This document shows, one piece after another, positions 16,198 through 25,456 of a stretch of 64,000 nucleotides of DNA (its first letter is position 1; each line of letters opens with the position of its first letter). The notes beneath the pieces are model-generated. The model searched no databases. It was not told the DNA's origin and saw only the letters and a program-made list of their open reading frames with translations. This DNA comes from an archaeon (GTDB lineage Archaea > Nanobdellota > Nanobdellia > Pacearchaeales > GW2011-AR1), in contig JAIORZ010000002.1 in NCBI GenBank assembly GCA_021107855.1, forward strand, positions 64,148 to 128,147, in the 5' to 3' direction. Made by a program: the position numbers and the translations under genes.

Positions 16198-19100
16198 TTA
16201 AATAGGGTTAGATGTTCCTTGAGTAGGAGTCGAGAATATATAAAAGTCAACACTGTCTACATCGGTATCATGCCCGTCAGGAGAACGACCAGCCGACTCT
16301 CCCTCAGAAGGAGCAGGTGCATTATCCCCAACATTCCCATCGTCCCTATCTCCATAAGTAACCTCATCTACTAATCCATCTGAATAATCATCCAGTTTAA
16401 TTGTATCTCCCTCATCATCCAATTCATCACTACCAAAACCATCAAACACCCTAAATCCATAAGCATCAATATCCCCACCTAAAACTAAAGTCCAAGAAGC
16501 ACCATCATTCAAAGTCCAATCAGTTAAGTCAACAGAATAAGCATGAGGATTATACAATTCAATCCACTCACAATCGTCACATTCAGGATAAGAAACAAAC
16601 TCATTTATCTTGATATTTTGCTCCTCAATCATGCAAGTTGAAGAACACCCATCTCCATCCTCGACATTACCATCATCACATTCTTCACCCTCTTCCAAAT
16701 TACCATTACCACAAACAGGCATTTCCATTTCATCATCATCCGAAGCATCATCACACCCATAATCTTCAGGATAATCAATATCCCCATCTAAATCATTATC
16801 AATACCATCATCACACTGTGGCCTTGGCTCTTCAACAACCTGCCCGTGCAAACTAATCATTCTACAATGCGCGTCAGTCCTAGAGTTACCCATAGAGAAG
16901 CCCAAGTCAGTATCACTTTCCGCAACATAAAGATTATCACAAGCAACCGCATTAAACATATATCGACCCTCTCCACTAATATCATACTCAGTCAAATTAA
17001 CAGTAATAGCATATAACCCGTTATTTTGCTCATTCAAATTAACCCATCCAGTATCCTCACAGCCACCAAGAGACCAGCATATACCTAACACTCCAGGAAC
17101 CTCTGAAATTTTAAACATAACAGTTTCATCAGCAATCGGCGACTGACTATCCTCAACATTCAACGAAACAGGGAACATCTCACCATAAACTTCTCCTTCC
17201 ATAGGTGCAACAACACTCATAGTAGGTCTAGTATTATCAACAATCATCGGGATGACTACGCTTCCAATATTGAACAACTCATCTCTCACATTAACCTTCA
17301 CGAAGTAATCTCCAGACGCTAAACCATCAGGAACAGCCCCATTAATTCTACACAAATTATATTCCGGCTCAGTCCCAATAATGTCCGCCACCCCGACATA
17401 CTCTCCCACTTCCCCTCCATCATCTTCATATACTTCCGCCCAGCAACTATCAAATCCAGAAGCATACTCAATTACTTCTACTTCTACAAATACATTATCC
17501 CCGTCTCCACTACTCGTCAAAGGACCAGGTAAATTACTATCATCAACAGCAACTATAGGACCATCATTATCAATATTCATTGTAATCGGACTAAACCAAG
17601 GATTCAAAGCCAACTGCAAGTGATAACCGAACAATTCATTTCCCCGATTTCCAGCTTTATCAACATAATCTATCCCCAAAAACACCGTATCAGTCATACC
17701 ACTACCCAAGGGCAAAGCAGCAGTTCCCTTACAAACACCATCCTCATATGGAACCTGCCCCAAATAAACTACATTAGGATTAGCACCAACCTGCTGGAAG
17801 TAAGTCCACAAGTCCCTATAGCACTCCTTAATTTCAGACTGATTCATCCCCTCAAAGTTATAATCAATAGCATATAAGTCACAATAATCCACACCCGAAG
17901 CAGGGCAGTCATCTTCATATCCATAATAACATAACGAGCAGAAATCTCCACCGAAGTCTACAGCAGGCGCGTAAACCTGGAAAGGAATCTCATCTCTATA
18001 ATAATTACCAGCATGAGGGTTCAAAACCACTCCCATAGGAGGCACGTTATCCACGATAATCTCAATACCATTTGTCCACTCACCAACATTACCAAGCAAA
18101 TCTATACCCATAACCTCGAATCTCCACTTACCACATTCTCCCATCCCACATCCTTCCCTAATCTCGCCACCAGTCATCTCAATACAATAAGCATTCTCAA
18201 TAGGATCCCAAATCAACTCAGGGTCGTCCAATCCAACAAACTGATACCAGACCTCACCAATCCCAACACCAGGGTCGCCAGTTTGTTTAAAATCAACAAG
18301 TTCAGCACAAAGCTTAATGCTATCTTCACTCTGAATAGCGATAACAACCTCATCTCCAACACTTCCACCCTCGATAACTTCCCCACCATTAACCATAGCA
18401 AACTTCCTAGTCACATTAGGGCCCTGACTATCAACAGTATCAAGTTCCGACTTAACTACTTCCTCATTCCCAAAATTATCAACACAATACCATTCAAGAG
18501 TGTGATTCGAGTCTTCACCAAAAGTTATTGGTCCATCGTAGGGCATCCAACTACCAAATCCTTCTCCATCTAAATCATATCTCCAAAAGATTTCATCAAC
18601 ACCACTTGGATGAGGACCAAAGTCTTCACAAAATAACGAGATTTCAGTTCCCTGAGTAATCCAATAATCACAGATTTCAACCTCTGGGTTACAATCAGGA
18701 TCAACCAATATACTTGGGTCCCCCATTTCTTTCCAACTCTCCGGAGGAGTTAAATCAACCGCATCAAGTTCAAATGTATGTTCTTCTTCATTCCCAAGAG
18801 CATCAACACACCAGTATTCAACCATGTGATATGAGGATTCATGGAAAGTTATTGGCGACCCGTCATACACAATATCTTCACTCCAAGGAGTCCAGTCCAC
18901 ACCAAATTCACTATACTTCCATCTCCAATACATAGTTACTTCACCAACAGGATGTGGATCAACATCATTACAATCAAATGTAATCTCTGTACTCCCATTA
19001 ACTAACCATCCCTCGTCATAAGGAATATCCAATTCCTCTTCTAGCGGGATTTTTGGCTCCCCAACAGTCTTAATAGTTTCAGGCGCCTCTGTATCAACAA

Positions 19101-22100
19101 AGACACATTGCCTCTTAACTTCTTCAGTTTTATTAACCATATCAACACTATAATACTCAATCACGTGACATGAATCTTCAGTCACCGTAAAAGGTACATC
19201 ATAAGTTTGCCACGGAGTTGGCACGTTCATTTCTAAATAATCTGGAACACCATCCCATCCTTCACAGCCATCATAACAATACTGCCAGTTATTTGGATTG
19301 TTCAACACTCTCACTCTATAGAATGTATCAGCAAGTCCCGAATCATGATTTGAACCAAAGTCGTCAGTCGCAGTCAAAATTATAGATGTTTGTTGCGTTA
19401 TCCATTTAGGGTATGCACCCACAACAGGTTCATACAACGGCTCACCGTATGTTTTTATAGTAACAGGTTTTGTATGGTCAACATAAAAGTCAGCCGTATT
19501 AGCCACCTCTTCGTTCCCGAGGCTATCCACACAATAATATTGTAATTCATGATGTGATTCTTCTGGGAATACAAATGGATTGGTATAATTAGTCCACGCA
19601 GTCCAAGCGCCAAATCCTAAACCTTCATCAACTCTATATCTAAACAACATATATTCTTCACCAACAGGATGAGGTCCAAAATCTTCACATTCAAGAACTA
19701 ATTCAGTTACTCCATCAATATAAAGTTCATCAAATTTGCCAAGATGTGTTGGTCCTTCAAAATGATGTTCTGATTCAGGAGGAAGCGTATCCACAATATC
19801 AAGCTCGTAATGTGTCTCTCCTTCATTCCCAAGAGCATCAACACAATAATAATACAATTCATGATATGTGTCTTGATTATACGTAAAAGGATCCATACAT
19901 AATTGCCAGTCCTGTATCAACACACCATCATTAAAGTATGTACACCAAATTTCGACATCATTAACAGGATGCGGCTCGACATCAACACAATTCAAATCAA
20001 TAAGAGTATTTTGCGTAACAAAAACAGCTTCATCCGAAACATCATATTCTTCCTGTGGATGAGTAAAAAGATATTCAAAATCATAATACTCAGAACTAGC
20101 ACCAGTCCAAACCTTAGGTTCTCCCACGATTTTACTAACCAAAGGTGCCTCGGTATCAACAATATCCAGCTCTACATGACTAACCTCGGTATTACCAAAA
20201 GCATCCACGCACCACCAAGTCAACTTATGAAAAGAATCTCCTTCATAATAAAATTCGACAGAATTTCCCCCGTTCGGACTTATAGGTCCAAGCTGCCACT
20301 CATCAGCCCAATTCAACTTCCAATCAATAGTATAATAAATTTCCTCTCCGCCGATAGGATGCGGTTCAACATCAGCACAAGTCAAAGTAACAAGTGTATC
20401 TTGTGTAACATAAGCACAGTCCGGGTAACCAGGGTATTCGCCCGTTTCACAAAGAACAAATGCCCCTGCTTCAAGTTCTTTTTCACTTACAGGCGCCTTC
20501 TCATCAATAATATCCAATTCCCAATAATGCTCACTCTCCCATCCACAACCATCAACCGCCCAAAATTCAACCAAGTGATATGAGTCCCCAGTTAGCGTAA
20601 AAATTAATTCTTCATCAGGAGCACTCTGCCCCGAATCATTAAGACTCCAACTACTTCCATCTTCACTCCACCAAACCCTATAATAGATAATCACTTGTCC
20701 CGCAAATTCATGGTCATCAACAAATGTCGAATCATCAGCCCACAAACGAATCTGAGTTCCCGACTTTACATATTGACATCCATGAGTAATAGTCTCTCCC
20801 ATCATTTCAGAAATACCACACTGGAGTACAACATCTCCAAACGGCAAAAGCTCCTTGTAAACAAGAGGCGCTTTCGTATCCTTAATAAAAGAATAGTTCA
20901 AATTCTGACTCCAAATCTTCCCCCAATTCTCAACAATATCCTTTCCTCTTATCTGATTAATCCAATGTGTCCCTTCCACCAAATCTGGATGAGATGGCTC
21001 TGTCCACTGATGCCCAAAAACATCGTGATCAACAGGATCTGTATAATTAAGTGGAACATATCTTTCCAAATCAGCACAATGCCACCCATCACTATAATAC
21101 TGATCTTCTATTGGAGGAGCATCCATCCAATAACCAGTCCAAGGAGCCGGGATATCTTCTGGAGGAATCCACATATTAAGAAAAAACTCCCCACCCTGAA
21201 GCCATGATTCCGAATCACAAACAGTTAGTTTTAACAAAGGGTCATCTCCACAAATTAAAAGTTCATTAGGATTTTCCACCCCATTTAAAGTCACGTCAAA
21301 AACTCTTTCTGGGGGAACAGTATCCGACTCAAAATATTTACACGAACAATCACCCAAATTTCCTAAACTATCATACGATTGTATACAAAGAAAATTCTGC
21401 CCATCCTGAATTGTAACCGGCGTATTATAATGGTGCTGTTCTAAATCCTCAATCAATTCATCAAAAGACATATCAACCGCATCCATAGGATGAGGGTTTC
21501 CAAAACAACCAGCAGTTCCCTGCCCAACAAAGTATTCCGCCGACGCAACAGCCGAGCATTCATCAGTTGCAGTTCCAGAAACATCAAAGTTACCATTATT
21601 ATATATAGGGTTAACATCAACATCCGAAGTCACAGGTCCCAAAATATCATCAATATCATAAGTACAAGAGTCATTATTTTCATAACAAACATCAAAACAA
21701 CTATCTCCATCATCACAAGGGTTCCCAGGATTTGTACAAACTCCCTCTCCCTCACAAGTTTCTTCCCCATTGCAAAAATCCCCGTCATTGCAATTTGCTG
21801 TTGAAGATGCCGCTACACAATGAGCCGTTCCATCATTAACACATTCTTCAGTAGCATGAACCCAAAAGTCCCCATTACAAGAATTAACATTCCCATCATT
21901 ACAATCATCAATTACATAAGGATCTCCTAATTCACAATTTAACGAAATACAAACACCATCCCTATAAACAACATAACCATCTGCACAATAATCATCATCT
22001 GGACAATCCTCATCATACTCACACTCAACAGCACCAACAAAACCAACCACAAAACTGAAGATTAAAACCAAACTTAAGAAGCTAAATACACTTTTCATAC

Positions 22101-22113
22101 AAACTAATAACAC
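16198..22113 (-). CDS. Giant (1971 aa) multi-Ig/HYR-like repeat adhesin-like protein with Cys-rich repeats and C-terminal lamin-tail (LTD) domain
   Basis: The protein has a signal peptide and a Cys-rich N-terminus. About 11 modules of ~100 aa each end in [YF]H.[LV].[YW][YW]CVD..GNEE...ELD.VD...P. Further motifs are DNDLDGDIDYPEDYGCDD and CGNGNLEEGEECDDGNVEDGDGCSSTC. The LTD signature is INEFVSYPECDDCEWIELYNPHAYSVDLTDWTLND. The start may instead be the MKSVFSF Met, 5 codons downstream. Confidence 0.85.
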   Translation of the reverse strand: MLLVCMKSVFSFLSLVLIFSFVVGFVGAVECEYDEDCPDDDYCADGYVVYRDGVCISLNCELGDPYVIDDCNDGNVNSCNGDFWVHATEECVNDGTAHCVAASSTANCNDGDFCNGEETCEGEGVCTNPGNPCDDGDSCFDVCYENNDSCTYDIDDILGPVTSDVDVNPIYNNGNFDVSGTATDECSAVASAEYFVGQGTAGCFGNPHPMDAVDMSFDELIEDLEQHHYNTPVTIQDGQNFLCIQSYDSLGNLGDCSCKYFESDTVPPERVFDVTLNGVENPNELLICGDDPLLKLTVCDSESWLQGGEFFLNMWIPPEDIPAPWTGYWMDAPPIEDQYYSDGWHCADLERYVPLNYTDPVDHDVFGHQWTEPSHPDLVEGTHWINQIRGKDIVENWGKIWSQNLNYSFIKDTKAPLVYKELLPFGDVVLQCGISEMMGETITHGCQYVKSGTQIRLWADDSTFVDDHEFAGQVIIYYRVWWSEDGSSWSLNDSGQSAPDEELIFTLTGDSYHLVEFWAVDGCGWESEHYWELDIIDEKAPVSEKELEAGAFVLCETGEYPGYPDCAYVTQDTLVTLTCADVEPHPIGGEEIYYTIDWKLNWADEWQLGPISPNGGNSVEFYYEGDSFHKLTWWCVDAFGNTEVSHVELDIVDTEAPLVSKIVGEPKVWTGASSEYYDFEYLFTHPQEEYDVSDEAVFVTQNTLIDLNCVDVEPHPVNDVEIWCTYFNDGVLIQDWQLCMDPFTYNQDTYHELYYYCVDALGNEGETHYELDIVDTLPPESEHHFEGPTHLGKFDELYIDGVTELVLECEDFGPHPVGEEYMLFRYRVDEGLGFGAWTAWTNYTNPFVFPEESHHELQYYCVDSLGNEEVANTADFYVDHTKPVTIKTYGEPLYEPVVGAYPKWITQQTSIILTATDDFGSNHDSGLADTFYRVRVLNNPNNWQYCYDGCEGWDGVPDYLEMNVPTPWQTYDVPFTVTEDSCHVIEYYSVDMVNKTEEVKRQCVFVDTEAPETIKTVGEPKIPLEEELDIPYDEGWLVNGSTEITFDCNDVDPHPVGEVTMYWRWKYSEFGVDWTPWSEDIVYDGSPITFHESSYHMVEYWCVDALGNEEEHTFELDAVDLTPPESWKEMGDPSILVDPDCNPEVEICDYWITQGTEISLFCEDFGPHPSGVDEIFWRYDLDGEGFGSWMPYDGPITFGEDSNHTLEWYCVDNFGNEEVVKSELDTVDSQGPNVTRKFAMVNGGEVIEGGSVGDEVVIAIQSEDSIKLCAELVDFKQTGDPGVGIGEVWYQFVGLDDPELIWDPIENAYCIEMTGGEIREGCGMGECGKWRFEVMGIDLLGNVGEWTNGIEIIVDNVPPMGVVLNPHAGNYYRDEIPFQVYAPAVDFGGDFCSLCYYGYEDDCPASGVDYCDLYAIDYNFEGMNQSEIKECYRDLWTYFQQVGANPNVVYLGQVPYEDGVCKGTAALPLGSGMTDTVFLGIDYVDKAGNRGNELFGYHLQLALNPWFSPITMNIDNDGPIVAVDDSNLPGPLTSSGDGDNVFVEVEVIEYASGFDSCWAEVYEDDGGEVGEYVGVADIIGTEPEYNLCRINGAVPDGLASGDYFVKVNVRDELFNIGSVVIPMIVDNTRPTMSVVAPMEGEVYGEMFPVSLNVEDSQSPIADETVMFKISEVPGVLGICWSLGGCEDTGWVNLNEQNNGLYAITVNLTEYDISGEGRYMFNAVACDNLYVAESDTDLGFSMGNSRTDAHCRMISLHGQVVEEPRPQCDDGIDNDLDGDIDYPEDYGCDDASDDDEMEMPVCGNGNLEEGEECDDGNVEDGDGCSSTCMIEEQNIKINEFVSYPECDDCEWIELYNPHAYSVDLTDWTLNDGASWTLVLGGDIDAYGFRVFDGFGSDELDDEGDTIKLDDYSDGLVDEVTYGDRDDGNVGDNAPAPSEGESAGRSPDGHDTDVDSVDFYIFSTPTQGTSNPI

Positions 22114-22308
22114 CCAAACTATTTAAGCTTTTTCTCGATTTTTCACCACTTCAACATAGATAAATTTCAGAAACATTTCAAAAAACAAAAATCACCGACG
22201 ACAAAACCAAAACCAAAAAATTACAACCCAAATTAAAATTTCAAAACTGAAAAAAGACTCAACTCAAAAATCATTTTTTATTTGTACCACAACAAAATTT
22301 AAAGCACC

Positions 22309-23565
22309 TTATTTCTTCTTACTCCAAGCAAACAAAAACAATCCAATAACTACAAGTATAAATAAGACAACAGCTATCCAACTACCCATAACACCACCAA
22401 TAACCGCACCAGTAATAAAACTCAAAACCCCAGCAAAGAAGCCTTTATCCTCTTCACCCTCATCTTCAACCCCACTATCTTCCGAAACATTCAATTCCTC
22501 CAAAGAAACATTCAATTCCTCAACAACATCCGGAACACAAACGCTACTACCCTCCTTCAAAAAATGAAATCCATCAGCACACATAGTTACCCTTCCCCCA
22601 CTACTACCACTTTTCTTAGATCCACCACTATTTTCTTCCTCCTCTTCTTCAGCGGCTTTCGAAATAACCAAATCATAAACATTATCAGAATCAACAACAA
22701 AACTCAAATCTCCACTAGTCCCACTATACTCTCCACTAACCGCATCAACAACATAAACCAAACTCCCATTGCACTCACTTTCCAAAAACTCAAAACGATA
22801 ACTTCCATTAACATCACTCAAACCACTCTTAACAATTCCACAAGTCAAACTAACATCCGCACCAGAAACAAACGCACCACCAATCGTAGTGTTATATATA
22901 GTTCCAATGAAAACAATAACAGCATCTTCAGAACTTTCTTCTTCAATAGCCAAATTCATAACCGCCCCAAACAAATCATTAATATCATTATGCTCTCCAC
23001 TCTCCCCAGAATAATTTCCCTTCTCAGCACTAACCGAATAAACATGCGAACTATTACATTCACTCTTCAAAAAACTCACACCATAACTCCCATCACCATT
23101 ACTAATAGCACTTACTGGTATACCATTACAAATTACCTCAACATCAGCCCCCTCAACAACCTCTCCGCCCAAAGTCGTATTATAAATTATACCCGAAATA
23201 GAGATACTCTCCTCGACATCTTCTTTCTCAACAGCCAAATTCATAACCGCCCCAAATAAATCATTAATATCACTATGTTCCCCACTCTCCCCAGAATAAT
23301 CATCTTTCTCGGCGCTGACAGAATAAACATGCGAACTATTACACTCATCACTCGGGAAACTCACACCATAAGATCCGTCAGACTCACTAACATCACTCAT
23401 CGGTATACCATTACAAATCACTTCAACATCAGCTCCCTCAACAACCTCTCCCCCAATACTCGTATTATAAATTATACCCGAAATAAAACTATCAGCAGAA
23501 ACAAAACCTAAAGCAAAAACAAATATTCCCAACAAAAATATAAAACCAAAATTTTTTCTTACCAT
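22309..23565 (-). CDS. Surface protein with three tandem CarboxypepD_reg-like domains and TGAV-type C-terminal anchor (418 aa)
   Basis: The protein has a signal peptide and three ~95-aa repeats (ISGIIYNT.[IL]GGEVVEGADVEVICNGIP...DGSYGVSF...ECNSSHVYSVSAEK). The C-terminus reads FFAGVLSFITGAVIGGVMGSWIAVVLFILVVIGLFLFAWSKKK. Confidence 0.8.
   Translation of the reverse strand: MVRKNFGFIFLLGIFVFALGFVSADSFISGIIYNTSIGGEVVEGADVEVICNGIPMSDVSESDGSYGVSFPSDECNSSHVYSVSAEKDDYSGESGEHSDINDLFGAVMNLAVEKEDVEESISISGIIYNTTLGGEVVEGADVEVICNGIPVSAISNGDGSYGVSFLKSECNSSHVYSVSAEKGNYSGESGEHNDINDLFGAVMNLAIEEESSEDAVIVFIGTIYNTTIGGAFVSGADVSLTCGIVKSGLSDVNGSYRFEFLESECNGSLVYVVDAVSGEYSGTSGDLSFVVDSDNVYDLVISKAAEEEEEENSGGSKKSGSSGGRVTMCADGFHFLKEGSSVCVPDVVEELNVSLEELNVSEDSGVEDEGEEDKGFFAGVLSFITGAVIGGVMGSWIAVVLFILVVIGLFLFAWSKKK
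22630..23484 (-). repeat. Three tandem ~285-nt coding repeats (units 1 and 2 highly similar)
   Basis: The conserved Tyr of IIYNT recurs at residues 33, 128 and 224. Units 1 and 2 are about 85% identical at the protein level by eye. Confidence 0.75.
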
Positions 23566-23567
23566 GT

Positions 23568-23996
23568 TTATTTCCTAACAACAAAAAATATTCCCAGAGC
23601 CGACAACATAGTCAATATGCCCATAAAGAATCCGAACTCAGGAACAATCGCAACATTTACAACACCCAAATCCCAGTTATTCATTATAGCGTCCTCATGA
23701 ATTATACCAGAAGCGGAACCATACATCCCATCTTTTTCAGCAACAACAATCAAAGAATCCCCAGCATCACAAACATCCTGACTATAGATAACATTATACT
23801 GCCCATTAGCCTCACTCACAACATTCTGAATATCTCCATTACAGCTAACTTCAACATCAGCTCCATCAATCACAGCCGTAAAATCAACATTATAAATTTT
23901 CCCAGCAATCAAAGTACTACCATCGTCGGCAACTACAATTCCTGCAAACGAAAATAACAAAACTGTTACCATTATGAAATTAATTATATTCTTCAT
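23568..23996 (-). CDS. PEF-CTERM-type sorting-signal protein with CarboxypepD_reg-like domain (142 aa)
   Basis: The ORF is trimmed to ATG 23996..23994 (MKNIINFIMVTVLLFSFAGIVVA). The domain reads GKIYNVDFTAVIDGADVEVSCNGD...NGQYNV. The C-terminus is VPEFGFFMGILTMLSALGIFFVVRK. Confidence 0.75.
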   Translation of the reverse strand: MKNIINFIMVTVLLFSFAGIVVADDGSTLIAGKIYNVDFTAVIDGADVEVSCNGDIQNVVSEANGQYNVIYSQDVCDAGDSLIVVAEKDGMYGSASGIIHEDAIMNNWDLGVVNVAIVPEFGFFMGILTMLSALGIFFVVRK

Positions 23997-24045
23997 GTAA
24001 ACTTTAGAAAAAATCACTTTAAAAACCTTTCGATTATTAAATTTT

Positions 24046-24510
24046 CTAGACAACAACCTCATCAACCCAAAAATGCACATCAATCTCCGTCGGATAATTC
24101 GGATCCGGCCACCACAACTTCGTCTTAAACTCCGGCGTAATATTCATATGATCCTTTTTTATCAAAACTTTTATCTTCGCCCTCTCAAACGACTCAGCAA
24201 ACAAAAACCCTTCCTCGACAGTCCGACTCTCATTATGCTCTATAACAAAATCCCCAAACCCAACACTCTTCACAAAAGAACCATTAACATCAAACACACT
24301 AACGTTATAATAATACCTCATATCCTGATACTCCAAATTATTCGTCGTAAAAGCAAAATTATAAATCTCATTCAACGAAACAGAACTAGGCAATTGCGTA
24401 TGTTCTTCAAAATACAACTCAGTCAAAGGCTCAATCCCCAAAGGAATCTGCGACAATACAGCCAAGAAAACAACCAAGATAACGGCGGCTCCGATTGCTA
24501 CATACTTCAT
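24046..24510 (-). CDS. Membrane-anchored DUF1616-like protein (154 aa)
   Basis: The ORF is trimmed to ATG 24510..24508 (MKYVAIGAAVILVVFLAVL). LTELYFEEHTQLPSSV...FVIEHNESRTV resembles the extracellular domain of archaeal DUF1616 proteins, which are often found near glycosylation genes. Confidence 0.45.
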   Translation of the reverse strand: MKYVAIGAAVILVVFLAVLSQIPLGIEPLTELYFEEHTQLPSSVSLNEIYNFAFTTNNLEYQDMRYYYNVSVFDVNGSFVKSVGFGDFVIEHNESRTVEEGFLFAESFERAKIKVLIKKDHMNITPEFKTKLWWPDPNYPTEIDVHFWVDEVVV

Positions 24511-24554
24511 AATATTGCTTTGGATAGTTTGGTTATAAGGTTTTTGGGCAAACC

Positions 24555-25364
24555 TCAAGCAACGACATCACTAAGCTTCCTCCTTACCCTATCAAAACTA
24601 GACTTAAAATCTCCTCTCAAAACATCCTTCAAAACAAACACATAAACTTTTTCTAAAAATCCAGTATAACTCTGATGATGTCCCAAAACATTTCCATTCA
24701 TAACGGCATTCTTGATAGCCTGAGAATCTTTCCCTAAATCCCCAACCAAATCAACATCCAAAATACTATGCGCTCTTCCGGGTTTTCCGTTATGATCATC
24801 CGAATTACTTAGACCCACATATCCCCTTTCCTTTACAAACTCCGTAGCCATATCATTATATTTCTTCTCACTACAAGAATTAAAAGACTCAACAAAATCA
24901 GCATCTCTAGCCAACCTCTCCAAAGTCTCAGCATCAGCCCCACCAAAATCAACAAAATAAGGATGTGCAACACCAGCCAAAGCTCCCTCGTCGTGCGCGT
25001 ATTTTATCCTATCTCCGAGACCTCTACTTTTATCATATTCAATTTTCCTCTCTCCACCAATCTGCAAAATGTGCCCACCACAATCATCGTGATGCTCCAT
25101 CCCCCTCAATAAATGTAAATTATATCCACCTTTCTTAAAAACAGCAATTTCCTTATTTTTATCCAGCAACTCAATCCCCTCTAAATATTTCTCAGGACTA
25201 CCACTAACCCTATCAAAAAACAAATCAGCCCTAGCGTCAGTCACAGCCAAAACATCTAAATCATTATCAAAAGCATAATCAAACATTTTCTGCGGAGTTA
25301 TATCTCTAAGATAAGCATCCCCTGAATATTTACTATGCGAATGTAAATCCATTTTAATTGCCAT
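24555..25364 (-). CDS. PHP-family metal-dependent phosphoesterase
   Basis: The N-terminal MDLHSHSKYSGDA (HxH) motif is present, with later His/Asp motifs (GVAHPY, SNSDDHNG). Confidence 0.7.
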   Translation of the reverse strand: MAIKMDLHSHSKYSGDAYLRDITPQKMFDYAFDNDLDVLAVTDARADLFFDRVSGSPEKYLEGIELLDKNKEIAVFKKGGYNLHLLRGMEHHDDCGGHILQIGGERKIEYDKSRGLGDRIKYAHDEGALAGVAHPYFVDFGGADAETLERLARDADFVESFNSCSEKKYNDMATEFVKERGYVGLSNSDDHNGKPGRAHSILDVDLVGDLGKDSQAIKNAVMNGNVLGHHQSYTGFLEKVYVFVLKDVLRGDFKSSFDRVRRKLSDVVA

Positions 25365-25408
25365 ATTATTTAGTGTTTTGTAGCTTTATAAGGTTTTGCC
25401 ACTTTTAA

Positions 25409-25437
25409 ATAGTATCAAAACGCAAACTTTATAAATA
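25409..25437 (+). promoter_or_regulatory. Conserved BRE/TATA promoter module, copy 1 (upstream of galE)
   Basis: atagtatcaaaacgcaaactttataaata matches 26436..26464 at 26/29 nt. The TATA box ends ~20 nt before ATG 25457. Confidence 0.55.
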
Positions 25438-25456
25438 AAATTCCCCGCTAAAATTA

